From Gnetum montanum (lineage: Eukaryota > Plantae > Gnetophyta), in assembly GCA_015680685.1 (NCBI GenBank), contig MNCI01001925.1:124001-188000 (forward strand): a stretch of DNA of 64,000 nt. The letters are read 5' to 3'. Shown piece after piece: positions 14,530 to 27,000 of the stretch. A model generated the notes under the pieces. That model saw nothing but the letters and a program-made list of their open reading frames with translations. It searched no databases and was not told the origin of the DNA. Each line of letters opens with the position of its first letter. Position 1 is the first letter of the stretch. A program made the position numbers and the translations under genes.

Positions 14530-15749
14530 TGTTAAATTTTTGGTATGTTAAAACCTTAAGAAAAATGGAGAACATAGAATTTTTTATGGAATGTGATGCA
14601 AGGAATGAAGGAGAGCCTATGATATGAGATGACATCTACAAAGATATGTCAAAATGGAGATTATAAGAACTTTCTAGACATGAATGAAGACATAATGAAT
14701 GAGAGCTACAACAAGATGTCAAAGTAAGGAATACAAGAACTCAAGAGAGCATGGACAAGAACTTCATTAGAAAAGTGTGAGCAAGGGCAAAGAAGAAGAC
14801 TACAGTAAAATCAAGATGCTCCAAGAGTTCAAATCAATGAGAGAAATCCTTGAGAAGCAAAGTTCAAAAGATGAAAATATGTCTTCTATAAGCAAAATAC
14901 ATCTTGGCCTAAGTAGAGAAATCTTAGAGAAGATATCTCCTAGAAACAAGAGACATCTCCTTTCAAGAGAAGACATCTCCTCAAATATGTCTCCCATGAA
15001 GAAGCAATGTCTCCCCTAAATGAAATTATGATGTAGAGAGATGTCCCAATCTCAAAGAATATTTCTTCATTAGCCATTAGATAACAATTACATGAATTCC
15101 AAGGTGATTTTGAATACTTCAAGACTATAAGAAGACTTCATTCTCTTGGGAACTATCTATGTTTCTAAGCAAGCAAGTGTCAAAAGTAAGCAATCATTAT
15201 GTACTCTATTGTATTGCATTTATGTACCTCATTGTAATATCTTTTGTACTATTGTAGTGATGTTATTGTATTATGCCTCAAAGTACAAGTACTAGTAAAT
15301 CCATTGCATCCTTTCCTTGTAATATGTTTTCTCTTTCTTATTGCCATACTGGGGTTGATGTGCTTCTTACAAGAAGGCATCATCATTGAGCTTGTTAGGA
15401 CCTAGCTAAGCTGAGTAGTTGGTGTAGTGTCATAACACTCCATAGCAAAGCTTAATTTGTAAAGGTTGTGGGATCCTGGAAACCACATTATAAGCTTATC
15501 AGAACCTTGCGAGGTTGAGTGGATTCATGACAATGAATCACTCTGAAGTGAAGCTTATAGCTCTACAGGATGTAGTACCTTCAACCACATTTTAAGAGAA
15601 ACAAAGTTCAAAGGTGTATAAGCAATTTACCCTCCAAGTGTGGAGTGCCCAAGTTGGGGGACCATGTAAAATTGGTGTGTGATTTGTGTTGAAGAATTTT
15701 TGTTTTGGGAAACTTATTCATTCCCCTTTTCTAAGTTCAATGATCCTCA
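14530..15749 (+). repeat. 5' LTR of the Copia element (1220 bp)
   Basis: Colinear with 39208-40425. GAGACATCTC/GAGATGTCTC motif cluster at 14870-15050, TATA-like at 15126. Confidence 0.92.
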
Positions 15750-15751
15750 AG

Positions 15752-15764
15752 TAGTATTAGATCC
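15752..15764 (+). promoter_or_regulatory. Degenerate tRNA-iMet primer binding site
   Basis: tagtattagatcc versus canonical tggtatcagagcc, immediately after the LTR end. Confidence 0.65.
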
Positions 15765-16124
15765 TATTACTCTTATTTCTACATCAATTTCTAAGAGTAA
15801 ATAATGGAGGGAACTTCTTACACAAATCCATCCATGTTTAATGGATTCAACTTTTCCTATTGAAAGGCAAGAATGTAGAGCTTCTTTGAATCAATGGAAT
15901 TTGAAGTCTAGAAATCCATCCTTGAAGAGTACACACTGCCTGTTGATGGTGCAATAGGAGCCATCAAGCCCTAAAATAAATGGACATAAGAAGAAAGAGA
16001 TAAGTTTATGCATGACTCAAAAACTAAAAATTATATATATTGTGCATTATATAAATCTAAATTTAATAGAGTAGCTAGATGTAAAATGGCAAAAGAAATT
16101 TGGGAAACATTAGAGGTTGCATAT

Positions 16125-18016
16125 TGTAGCCACCGAAAACGTCAATGGTTGAAACACCGAGAGGTTGCTGGGCAAACAATTTAACCCCAAATCCATGCGA
16201 GGATCGTGCTAGATAAAATAGAAGCGGGGCACCCTAAATAATCTAGTTGATCAAACAAGGACTTAATTGGTATAACTTAACCTTACGTGAACGTTGTTTT
16301 AAATGCAAAATATGCGAGGTAAAATCAATGATCAATAAATGCAAGAATGAAGGAAATAATGCCAAGAAATAATAACAATAAAGAGATAATAGAATAAACT
16401 TGGGTAAGAAAATGCACTGCCCCAAGGTCACGGGTTTGATTCTTTACCTTGTTTGAAAAATGTATAACAAGTTATACAATGCTAGAGGCACACAGAGAGT
16501 TCAAGAGTAACCAAAGTACTCAAAATGTGCTAACTATGCTCTTGAATATGAACTTAAAAGCCAGCTGCACAAAAATGCCAACTCTTTGGATGAGAAATGC
16601 CAACTAGAAAAGCCAACCAATGCAAAATTCCAACAAGCCAACTGCTCTTATTAATGTAAAAATGCCAATTCTTTGAGCAAAAAAGCCAACTAGAAAAGCC
16701 AACCTCAAAAATGCTAGTGCAAAAAAGCCAACCCACTGAGCATTGTTCATCAAGGTATTTATAGGACCAGGAGTAGGCGAGAAATGCGGCTTAGGTGCCA
16801 CATGTCCTAGACCCCACAATATGCAATCATGATGGTACCCTGTAGGCGTGCTGTGCCGGTTGTGAATTTTTCTATGTTGTAACCATGTTGTCGAAACTAC
16901 ACGTGTTGGAATCCAATGTGCTAACGATCCAAGTAGAAATGGAGTCTCCACCCTAGGACTACATCTTCCCTATCCTTATGAACAGGATCAAGCATAGCGA
17001 CAAATTTTGGGGGATGGACTAAGGGGTATGCCAAAGTGGAACAAATTCACTGATCACGGCGAGCTTAGTTATTGCTAACAAGCTGTAGAACTAGTTGAAG
17101 ATGTCCTGATGCCTCTGTCAACTTTACATCACTTACACTGTCTAGCACATTGAAGTAGTGTAGCCGCTTACTACACTATGCTACACTATGTAGCATAGCA
17201 CATTGATGTAGCATAGCTGCTTGCTATGCTGTGCTACGCTATGTAGCATAGCATAGTGTAGCCACTAGTTTGAACAAAAAACTTGCATTGGAATCAACAA
17301 CATTTTTTGGAAGCCTTGGCACACACTGGGTTAACCTTTGGAAGACTTTATTGATTTGCATCTTTGCTACACTATGCTACGCTACGTAGTGTAGCATAGC
17401 GTAGTGGCCAATGTAACATGCATTTCTATCAAAATTGCGGGGTTTCACGAGAAAACTTTGCTTGTGGTTCAAGGGCTAACTAAGATAGGGTGGTTTTGGA
17501 AGCCAAAATGCTATTAGATGCAGTCCTTTTGCCCCAAAATCTTGGTAGAGGAGTCTTTGCGTGTTTTTCCCTTGCTACGCTATGTAGCGTAGCATAGCAT
17601 AGCACCTTGTATTGGCCAAATTTTGACTTTGCCATGCACGAACATCTTGCCAAAGCTTGTATTTGGACACTTAATTGATTTTTCAAAGGCTTGCTACGCT
17701 ATGCAGCGTAGCGTAGCATAACAGACCTCTCTACTAGAAAAGTTGCCAAACTATTTTTCTCATCCTGAACACCGTCCACAACTCCTAGCATAGTTTTTGA
17801 GTAGACTAATAGTCGGGTGAATTGTCCAAGTGGACAGGCTAGAGAGTCCATCAGGCCTGTTAGCTTTGGAGGTAGAAAACTTGCCAAACTGGATAGTCTA
17901 ATCTCAGTGCTTACATTTTCCTTCCAAACTGTCATGATGCTACACTTGTGGAAGTCCTTGCCTAAACTCCAAGACCCTGGTGAAGTAAGAGGATCTCAAA
18001 ATTTTATGATGTTTCA
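16125..18016 (-). repeat. 3' LTR of the Tat element
   Basis: Colinear with 33292-35193 (about 21 mismatches in a 180-nt block counted by eye). TATAAATA on minus at 16756-16763. Confidence 0.93.
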
Positions 18017-18018
18017 CT

Positions 18019-18030
18019 AGCCCCTCTTTG
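18019..18030 (-). promoter_or_regulatory. Polypurine tract of the Tat element
   Basis: Minus-strand caaagaggggct adjacent to the 3' LTR. Confidence 0.75.
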
Positions 18031-19398
18031 TCGACATCTAGAGGATAGGCCCAAGAGATGCTAACAAAGAATATGAAACACCATGAAATACAAGATGCTA
18101 ACATCACTCTTTAGTAATTATCCAGATGTCGCTTAGCTATGCTTGAGAGTGCAAAGATAGTCATGTAGGGAATGGGGAAAGGGTGGATTTGCGGTGAAAG
18201 TTTTAGGAAGAGAAAGATGTAGCATAGTGTGGTCCCTCATTGGAGTGCTTATGAGGGAGTCGATACACATGGGCATATTTCTTTTGTAGGCTTCTGACCT
18301 GTCATCAGAATACTTAGAGATGGTCATTCCGAAACAACTAACGTGCCATTTGTTTTGGGCACGTGTTTTTTTTTTGAGATTTTGCTCTTTTACACTTTTC
18401 TTTTGTCATTTTTCCATGTTCATTTGCAAACAACCTTGTTGCAAGATAGGTGTTTCCTCCCCAGGATGAGTTGCGTTACATCCACATGGGGCTTTGACCT
18501 ACCTACATATGTTTCCCATGTGGCGAGTTTCGTTATGTGCATCATGGACTTTGCAGTTGAGCATATGGAAGGGCTTTACAGGCATTAGGAAAATTTGTAA
18601 AAAGAGGTGTGAGAAGGAGAATTGCAGGTGTAAGAAATGAGGTAAAGGAGGTTAAGGGGGAGGACAAGATGTGCACTCCCAAGTAGCCAAGATAGTCAAG
18701 ACAACCACCTTGGAACGATGTAGTGTCCTGCCACCTTGGAGAAATGCACCTCTGACTAACACCCCTTTGGCATGTACCCTAAAAACACAACAGAGGGCAA
18801 ACCAGAAGAAACAACCATCAAGCAGAATGAAGGCAAAGGTCTTACTTTCTTTGGATGCTACTAGAGCAATGGACATTATTTCTAAGGCATGCGATGTCCA
18901 AACCAAAAAGGCCAACAATAGTTCTAGTAACATCAGCGTGGAGGGATTAGCATCGAGAAGGGTAGGAGTTGCGGTGATGCAGGTGCTTAGGAGTCCCCGA
19001 CCAAGGCAAACATCATGTAGCTTAGCTATAAGGTGAAAAGCCTAACAGCTGAATATCTTTTGGGCTTAGGCGATGGTGGGGGATAGAGGGTAGCAACTTT
19101 GTGGCTAGGCCACAATAGTGCTAGGACTCCAGCAGCAAGTGCCAACCATAGGAGCTACTGCCAGGGCAATGGGCCATGGTAGCAGTAGCTCTGGAAGGTC
19201 AACAAGATGTTAGATGACATCTCTGGAGGATTGGCAAGATGCTAGGGGTAGTGGTGCTGCATATATTCCAAAGAGTGTTTTCTTGGCATCATGAACTGCA
19301 TTCTAGAACTGCAATGTCCCACACCATGTTGGCACTGTGCACACTTGCTTACTTGTAGGGTCATGGATGCACGCTAAGGATGTCATGCCATGAACCCA

Positions 19399-19872
19399 AT
19401 TTAAGGTCCTGGTAGACCATCTAATGTATTGGTTTCAGGTCCCAGTAGACCATGGTATGCTAGTTTAAGGTCTCAAGAGACCATGGTATGCTAGCTTAAG
19501 GTCCTAGTAGACTGCTATGCTAGTTTAAGGTCCTAGCAAACTGTGGTGCACTAGTTTAAGGTCCCAAAAGACCGATGTGTTGGTTTAAGGTCCCAGCAGA
19601 CCATTGTGCTAGTTTAAGGTCCCAGCAGACCGCTATGATAGTTTATCTTCGTAGCAGATGATGGATGGGCCAGTTTAAGGCTGTAGCAGATCATTTATGC
19701 TAGTTTTATGTCATAGCAGACAATCTTTGTTAGTTTTATGTTATGGTGGATGGTCTGTGTCAGTTTATAGTCATAGAAAACTATCTATGCCAATTTATAG
19801 TCATAGTGGACTATGAATGCCAGTTTATAGTCGTAGCAAACTATCTTTTCCAGTTTTACGTCATAGTGGATG
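19399..19872. repeat. Array of 16 stem-loop motif units, period ~30 nt, just 3' of the pol stop
   Basis: Unit core YAGTTTWW-NGTC-N6-GACN, e.g. tagtttaaggtcccagcagacc, tagttttatgtcatagcagaca, caatttatagtcatagtggact. Confidence 0.9.
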
Positions 19873-19894
19873 ATTTGCTTACCTTACTCATGCA

Positions 19895-22800
19895 TCAGAT
19901 GTAGTATGGCATAAGACACGAGTGATTCATAGGATTCACGAACTCTTTATCATCCATGTCTACTAGTTTGAAGGCTCCATTCTCATAGGCTTTTGTGACC
20001 ATGAATGGACCTTCCCAGTTTGCTGAGAACTTGTTCACATGTTCACAGATATCCTTCAGAATGAGATCTCCCTTTTTTATCGATCGTTGATGTCGGTTTG
20101 CATGATGCTTCTTCTATTGCCTATCTTGATATCGCTCAATGTAGCCAAGTGTTTGTGCACGCTCCTCCTCTATGGAGTCGAGGTTGATGATCCTCGACTC
20201 ATTATTCTAGGCTTCGTTCACGACGTTTGATAGGATCATTCGAAGTGACGGTACCTACAACTCAAGAGGTAACACCACTTAAGATCTATAAACAAGGTTA
20301 TAAGGAGTTTTACCTGTTGCCATTCTACACATCATTCTAGAACCCTATAGCACATAGAGGATTTGCTTGTGTCATTGCCTCTTGCTTTTGCTAAGCATCT
20401 TCTTGAGAAAGTTGACGATGGCTTTGTTCGTAGCTTCTACCTATTTGTTTGCCTATGGGTAGTATGGCAAGGAAAAGGGTTTCTTAATGCCAAGGTTGTT
20501 GCAAAAGGTTTTGGTTTCCATACTACTAAACTATGGACCATTGTCTATGAAAATAGTCATGGGAAGCCCAATCCTTACCACTACGTTATCCAATATAAAG
20601 CGGAAAACCTGTTAAGATGTAGTCTTCCTAAGGGGGAAAGCCTCTACCCACTTTGTAAAGTACTCAGTGATGATGATAATGAAGCTATGCCCCACGAAAT
20701 ACTTAGGTGTGATAGGTCCTATAATGTCTAATCCCCATCATTGGAATGGCCATGTGATCTATGTAGCGTGCAAGTTAGTGGGTGAAATGTGAATAATATT
20801 TGCATATCATTGGCACGTGTCACAATTCTTGACATTGGCAAGGCAATCTTGCTCCATGTGAGGATAGTAATACCCTAGGCATCTAATTTTTGATGCCATG
20901 GCCCTAGGGCTATGTGTCCTCTACATAGTCCTTCATGGACCTCATTAATGATCTTTTGTGCTTGTCCCTTATTTACACATGCTAGCAATATCCCATCAGA
21001 GGAGTGTTTGCATAAGGAATTATCTCCCATAAGTACATATTGCCTAGCACGCTTGTGGATCGCATCCCTTTGAGTAGATGTCAATCCACGTGGGGGTTTG
21101 CCATGTTGCAGATATGCTTTAATGTTGGCATACCACTCTTGGGTATCAGAAGCACTCACAGAGGTGATGTGTACTGCTTGTGTGATAGAGCAAAGTTGCA
21201 AACATGTGTGGTGGCACATTTAATGCTAGCATGGCCAGGGCATCTACTATGGTGTTCTCATTGCATGGCACGTGTTGAACATCTGCTGTGGTAAACTGTT
21301 TGAGCAAACTTTTGGCTAGGTTGCAATAGGGTTGCAGATGAGTAGCTTTTTAGGCATAGACCTCAATGATTTGATTGACAATGAGTTGTGAATCTCCTTG
21401 GATTTCCAAATGTTGAATTTTTAACACTCGAGCTACCAAGAGGCCCCTAAGAAGTCCTTCATACTCTACCACGTTGTTTGTACAAAGGAACGCAAAATGA
21501 TAAGAAAATGGATGAATGTACCTAGAGGGGAATGTAATGACAACGGCTGCACTACCACCTCGTGTAGTTGAGGCACCGTCAAAATGCAAAATAGCTTCTA
21601 AATGTAATGGAACAAAGTTGATGGTGCTGATGTGCTCGTCAGGGAATTTGGGTTCTATGGTTGCCCGATCATCGATAGGTGAGGTCGTGAGTTGTGTAGC
21701 TATGGCTTGTCCTTTCGTTNCATTGATAGGTGAGGTCGTGAGTTGTGTAGCTATGGCTTGTCCTTTCGTTGACAATTGGATCACATAATGCAAATCAAAT
21801 TCCACGATTATGTCTTTCCACCAGGCTATCCTCCTTCTTTCGTATTGATTGTTCGTGATAGCCCTGAGTACATTACTTTTTCATATAATGCTAACTTTGC
21901 TATGGAACAGATAATGCCTCCACTTCTTCAATGCAAACACTAGGGTGAGGAAATTTCTTTCCACCTCATTGTACTTCACCTCATATGCTATCAATGCATG
22001 ACTCAAGTAATAAACTACAATTTTAGAGCCGTCATCTCTTCTCTGACATAACATTGTTGTGATAGACATATCAGAGGTGGCAAGGTAAATGTAGAAAGTT
22101 TTATCCATCTATGGTGGGTAAATGGTTGGCAGGTGTAAAAGCTCTTTCTTTAGGTCATCGATGGCATTGTGTTGTCCATTTGAAGTTAATCCCTTTCTTT
22201 AGTAACTATTGCATGGGCTATACCTTGTTAGTCAAATTTTCTATAAACCTTCTAATGAACTGTATCCTACCTTGTAACCCATGTCATTCTTTAAGGTTTG
22301 TAGGGGCTGCTAGATTAACGATGGCCTTAACTTTGTCAAGTTTCACTCATATTCCAACCTTCGATACTACAAACCCTAGCATGCATCTGTTTTTTACCCC
22401 GAAGACATACTTCTTTGGTTTGAGGCATAAGTCATGCATATGATAGCATTTGTGAACTACACCTAGATCATTGGGATGGTCAGTAGCCTCTTTAGATTTG
22501 ATTGCTATGTCATCCACATAGTCGTCTAGTGTTTCTAGGAAGTAGTCACTAAAGATGTATGTCATGGCTCTTTGGTAAGTTGCTCCGGTGATTTTGAGTC
22601 CAAAGGGCATCATAATGTGATATAATGTACCCCATGGAGTCATGAAAGTGGTTGTTAGCTAATGCTCTAGGTTCATACAAATTTGATTGTAGCTGGAGAA
22701 ACCATCCATGAAGGATAGTATAGCGTGACCAGCCGTAGTGTCGATGAGTTGATCAATACTCAGCAGTGGGAAGTCATCTTTGATTGTTGCTTTGTTCAAA

Positions 22801-23381
22801 TCCCAGAAGTCTATACAGATTCATATACCTCCCATTTTCTTAGAAACTACAATGATGTTCAACATCCATTCTGAGTAATCAACTACCCAGATGAAACCAA
22901 CCTGATACAGCTTAGTGATTTCATTGCGTACAGCTAGTGCGATCTTTGGTTTAATCCTGTGAGCCTTTTGTTTAATTACCTTCATAGGTAGGTCTAAGAT
23001 AATGTTATGTTGTATAAGCCTCAGATCTAAGCTCAGCATGTTGTTATAGGACCACGCGAATACCTCCATATTGTCTTGAAGGATCTTAGATACATCTTTA
23101 TGCATTTGTGAATCTAGGAGGGAGCTAAGTTTTAACGTTTTTATTTTCCCCCTAGATGTAGTCATAGGCATTTCAATGAGAGGGTCCTTAGTTACATCCC
23201 TGACCTCTACATCTAAGGCTTGGACTAGGTGTTCGGGCCAGTCTAGGGATGTTTCTAAGGACGCAACGACACTATCGGTGGATGATTCCCTGTCTATTGG
23301 CTCTGGGTTTAATTGTCTTCTAAACTCATCATGTGGGCCTGCCAAGGCTAGAAGTGATGGTAGATCATGATGCATGGCCAT
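19895..23381 (-). pseudogene. RT-RNaseH-archaeal-type RNaseH-integrase pseudogene of the Tat element
   Basis: VFAWSY; MPFGLK.TGATYQRAM and YVDD (~22510); RH LATSD...YNEVER...KKWRHY; aRH FDGAS...CTNNVVEYEGLL...QGDSQLIVNQ; integrase HEG.C.GH and WEGPF; stop at 19895-19897. Confidence 0.93.
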
Positions 23382-23528
23382 TCTTTCTTAACCTACCAAA
23401 ATAAGATGAAAGACAAGTCAAGTGATACCTATTTGTAGTAACAGCACATAGTAAATATTTACAAAGCAGCAATGAAATATGAAATGGTTAAAATAATTGT
23501 CAACTTATGATGCAAAATTCACAAGCTG

Positions 23529-23760
23529 CTAGTTCAAGGTCATAGCAGACCACTAACTTGGTTGAATTATAAATTGTAAATGTTAGTTTAAGGTCTTTTT
23601 GGACTATTAATAGGTTAGGTTTGTAAGTCAAAACTATTAGTTTAAGGTCTTTGCAAACCGCTAACTTGGTTAAAATTGTGAGTCAAAACTGCTAGTTGAA
23701 GGTCTTTGCAGACCATTAATGGGTTATTCTTGCAAAGGTAAGTGGCTAGTTTAAGGTGAG
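23529..23760. repeat. Second array of the same stem-loop motif, 5 units, period ~54 nt
   Basis: tagttcaaggtcatagcagacc, tagtttaaggtctttttggact, tagtttaaggtctttgcaaacc, tagttgaaggtctttgcagacc, and a partial fifth unit. Confidence 0.85.
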
Positions 23761-23893
23761 ATGAAATTTTTGGTTGGACCTACCTACCATGATGCAAACA
23801 GTGCTGCTACACTATGGCTGGAGTGCTACGCTGTATTGAGCATCCCACATTAATCAGGATGTGAAAATGGCAAGTTCTTTTCACCACGTTGGC

Positions 23894-23901
23894 TATAAAT
23901 A
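23894..23901 (+). promoter_or_regulatory. TATA box of the internal antisense gene
   Basis: ggcTATAAATAgg about 140 nt upstream of ATG 24036; GCTAC pentamer motifs at 23801-23836. Confidence 0.6.
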
Positions 23902-24035
23902 GGGGTTTACCCTTGGTAAACTTGTTCTTTTCATCATAAGACTACAGAGCCCACATCTAGAGCGTAGATTGGTTGTACTGACAAAGAGCAAGGTAGTTTA
24001 CCATAGCGACTAAGAGAGAATTTGCAACCGAGACG

Positions 24036-27000
24036 ATGGAACCTAAAGAAGAATGAAAACACTAAGCGCTTGCCAAGGTAGACAAGGTGAAAGACACTCT
24101 GGTGCATCTTTCATAGGCATGCATCGCAGTTCGAGAGGAAACTCCATCAGCCTAGTAAGTTGCTATGCTATCTTTGTTTTCCAGGTTGCTATTGTTGTCT
24201 CTTCCTTTTGGTTGCTATGAAACCGGCATCTTCTATCATCATTTTGGTTGCCATTTTGGCCGTTACACCACAACTGTTGCCAATTCGGCCACAATGGGTG
24301 TATGAATGCCACGCTAGGGTTTCATGCAGTATTGCTTGGACTGCCATTACTGTGACTGCCTCACCGTAGAAGTTTAGGTGATCCTAGAAACCTAGCACAT
24401 GAATAGCATAGCATATGGCCCTCAAGAGGGTTTGGCCATGCTCAAGATTTGACAATGTCACACATGTTTAATGCAATGTAGCGTAAGTCATTTTCTATGG
24501 AAGAAGGTTGCTTGAAACGACTATAGCATATTAAAAAAAATTTCTATTTGAAGTTCATATTTAAAAATTTTTGTTACACTAATTCGGTGTGTTGTAAGAC
24601 CTTTAGACCAATGCATCGGTAATGTTGTGTTGCTATGCTATTGATCCAGTGGTTCCATTGGTGAATCTACCTTAGTTGTAAATTTGTTATATTGTTGTGC
24701 TACTCTACATGCAAAGAAAGGGTTACACTATACTATTTGCAAATGGATAATCATACCATGCTACCTGCGAACTCCACTTGAACATAATGCTAACGTTAGC
24801 CATTCTGTTGTGCAGGGTGATGTTAAAACCTATTTTGATTATCCTAGAAATTGTAGGGGTTTTGTGCTGCCTAAGTGAACCAGTGGCCAATGTTTCTCTA
24901 CCCCATGCACATGTGGAGAGGCAAGCAGTCTAGTTTCGGGAAGGTGTGTGAGACTTCCTACAATTCCTCCTCCAGCACTTCAATGTGATCCTTTGGTCAC
25001 ACTTGTCAATGGAGATAGTAGCCACAATTATAGAAACCATGTTGCCTAGGGCAAACTGGGGTATTCTGAAATTTCTGACCGATGGGGTAGTCAAGGGCAA
25101 GTAGGCAGAAGGATCCAACCAGCACCCAAAAAGTTTGAAGCGTCTGAGTTGGATTTTGAAAATGCTTGAGTATAACTACTATCACCTGTACAACACGTTG
25201 TTTGTTGTCTGTCACATGGACACCTATTTTCAGAACCCACCAGGAACCATTTATTTTACCGATGGGTGAGTTCTATAGGTGTATTTCATCACGTTATGCA
25301 ATGCATGCTACGCTAGGTAACAATGTATGTGCCTCTTTTTTTTTGTTACTAGGTTTTATATTGATAAGAGTGGGCTTCGCAGTGATACTGATGACTTGGA
25401 TTTGGTACAGATGGCCTTGAAGGAATTTTCCTCCATTGGGAATGTGTGCACCGTCGTGATAGGCCAATGCGGGGGTGAGTACAAAACCTATCCAACCCAG
25501 TACTCCCAATTTTACAGGAAATGTAAGGAGGTCAATTGGTTGGATGGGGATTGGGCATCCCTTAGGTTGATCACCATTGAAGACATGTTGGTGGATCTCC
25601 CACTGTTTCCGTCACTGTTTAAACCTAGTATGTTATATTGTGAGTTCATGTTTGCATGTTCAAGTGTTGTTTCATTTTTCTTCTATTTTTTGTTTTGTTT
25701 AACTTTTTACTTTTTCTTTTTATAAATTGCTACAGCAACGAAGAAATCCTAGGAGGTTACCATGATCACCTCTGGGCATAATGAGGCCAACATTTATTTC
25801 AAGTATGGGGAGGTGGATGAGACCCAACACTTGCTCTGCAACGGGGCCCCGGAATCGCTCGTCAACAACCTTTAGGATGCTGGGCTTATGGAGTTATTCT
25901 TGGCCATCAACCTAAGCATCCCTACTACCGAGATGCTTGCCCTAGCTGACTCCTTTTCTAAAAGAGCAGACCACTTCTGCACATGTGTCCACGGTGTGCT
26001 AGTGGTGCTTGAGATTAACAACCAACTATTCGTGGATCTTTTCAATGTCCCTTCTAATGGCCTCCTAATAGAAGAAAAGACCAAAAAGGAGGCTAACCAT
26101 TAGGAGGACTTTGAGGAGTGGCTAGGGGTAACAAAGGGCCACAAGGGGATCCATCTTGAAGAAGCCAGGCTAAGAGTGGCCAAAATGATTTTCCCCATCT
26201 TCCATGCCTATGCTTTCCCCAAGCTACTCTCCCAAGGAAAAATCATTGGGATCAAACAAGCTTGAATAATGAGAGAATTCATGGAAGAGGGGGGCCATTA
26301 CAATTAGGCCAAGCATCTTTGTAAAGGTCTATAGGCTAAAATGATCAAGCTTCGTAAGAAGCCTGAATCCTATTTCAATGTGCATCATGCCTTCTTTGTA
26401 GCCTGTCTGCGGCGCTTCATGGAATTTTTGGTACTCTGTGAGAATGGAGTCTAGGTGACACAAAATTGTAACCAGATTTCCAAACTGTGGATTTTCCAAG
26501 TCTTCCATACCACCTGATCCTAGGATCCCCCAGAAGCTATTGGGGAATCATTTTCAATGACGACCAGGGATCGGGTGGCACACAACTTCCATGGCCAAGA
26601 CAGCATAGGAGAGGCACCCCCTGCTACTACGGGCAGCATATCATAGGGGCAACACCTCATCATGGAAATGGTGGCAACTAGATTGTAGCATAAGAGGTCT
26701 CACCCGGTTGAGGAGCCTCCCTATACAGATGAACAAGGGGGCCAGAAACTACGGTTCAAGCTTCGTAGAATGCAGCCTTCCATTGGTAAATGCTTCCTCT
26801 TTTTATTTGCTGATTTATTTTTTTGGTTAATGCTTGCTATGTTGTGCCATGCTAAGTAGTGTAGCATAGCATAACATCTATTTTAAGTTAGCATGCTTTT
26901 TCCTAATGTGACCGTGTTTTATTAGCAAAGGAAGAAGAAGAAGAAAAAGGTGAAGAAGAGGTGATGGCCCCCGCAACAAGGGTGACTAATAAAGATGTGG

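Noticed and set aside
18600-19350. ORFs 18671-19036 (+) and 18652-18933 (-) in the Tat 3' region
   Set aside because: No recognisable motifs, and the coding strand and frame could not be decided by eye.
19399-19872. CRISPR-like appearance of the 30-nt array
   Set aside because: Variable linkers are only about 7-12 nt and related to each other, there are no cas genes, and the context is a plant retroelement.
21670-21770. ~50-bp direct duplication in the Tat pol (TKGQAIATQLTTSPI twice)
   Set aside because: The copies are separated by the only N in the window (21720); most likely a contig-join artefact.
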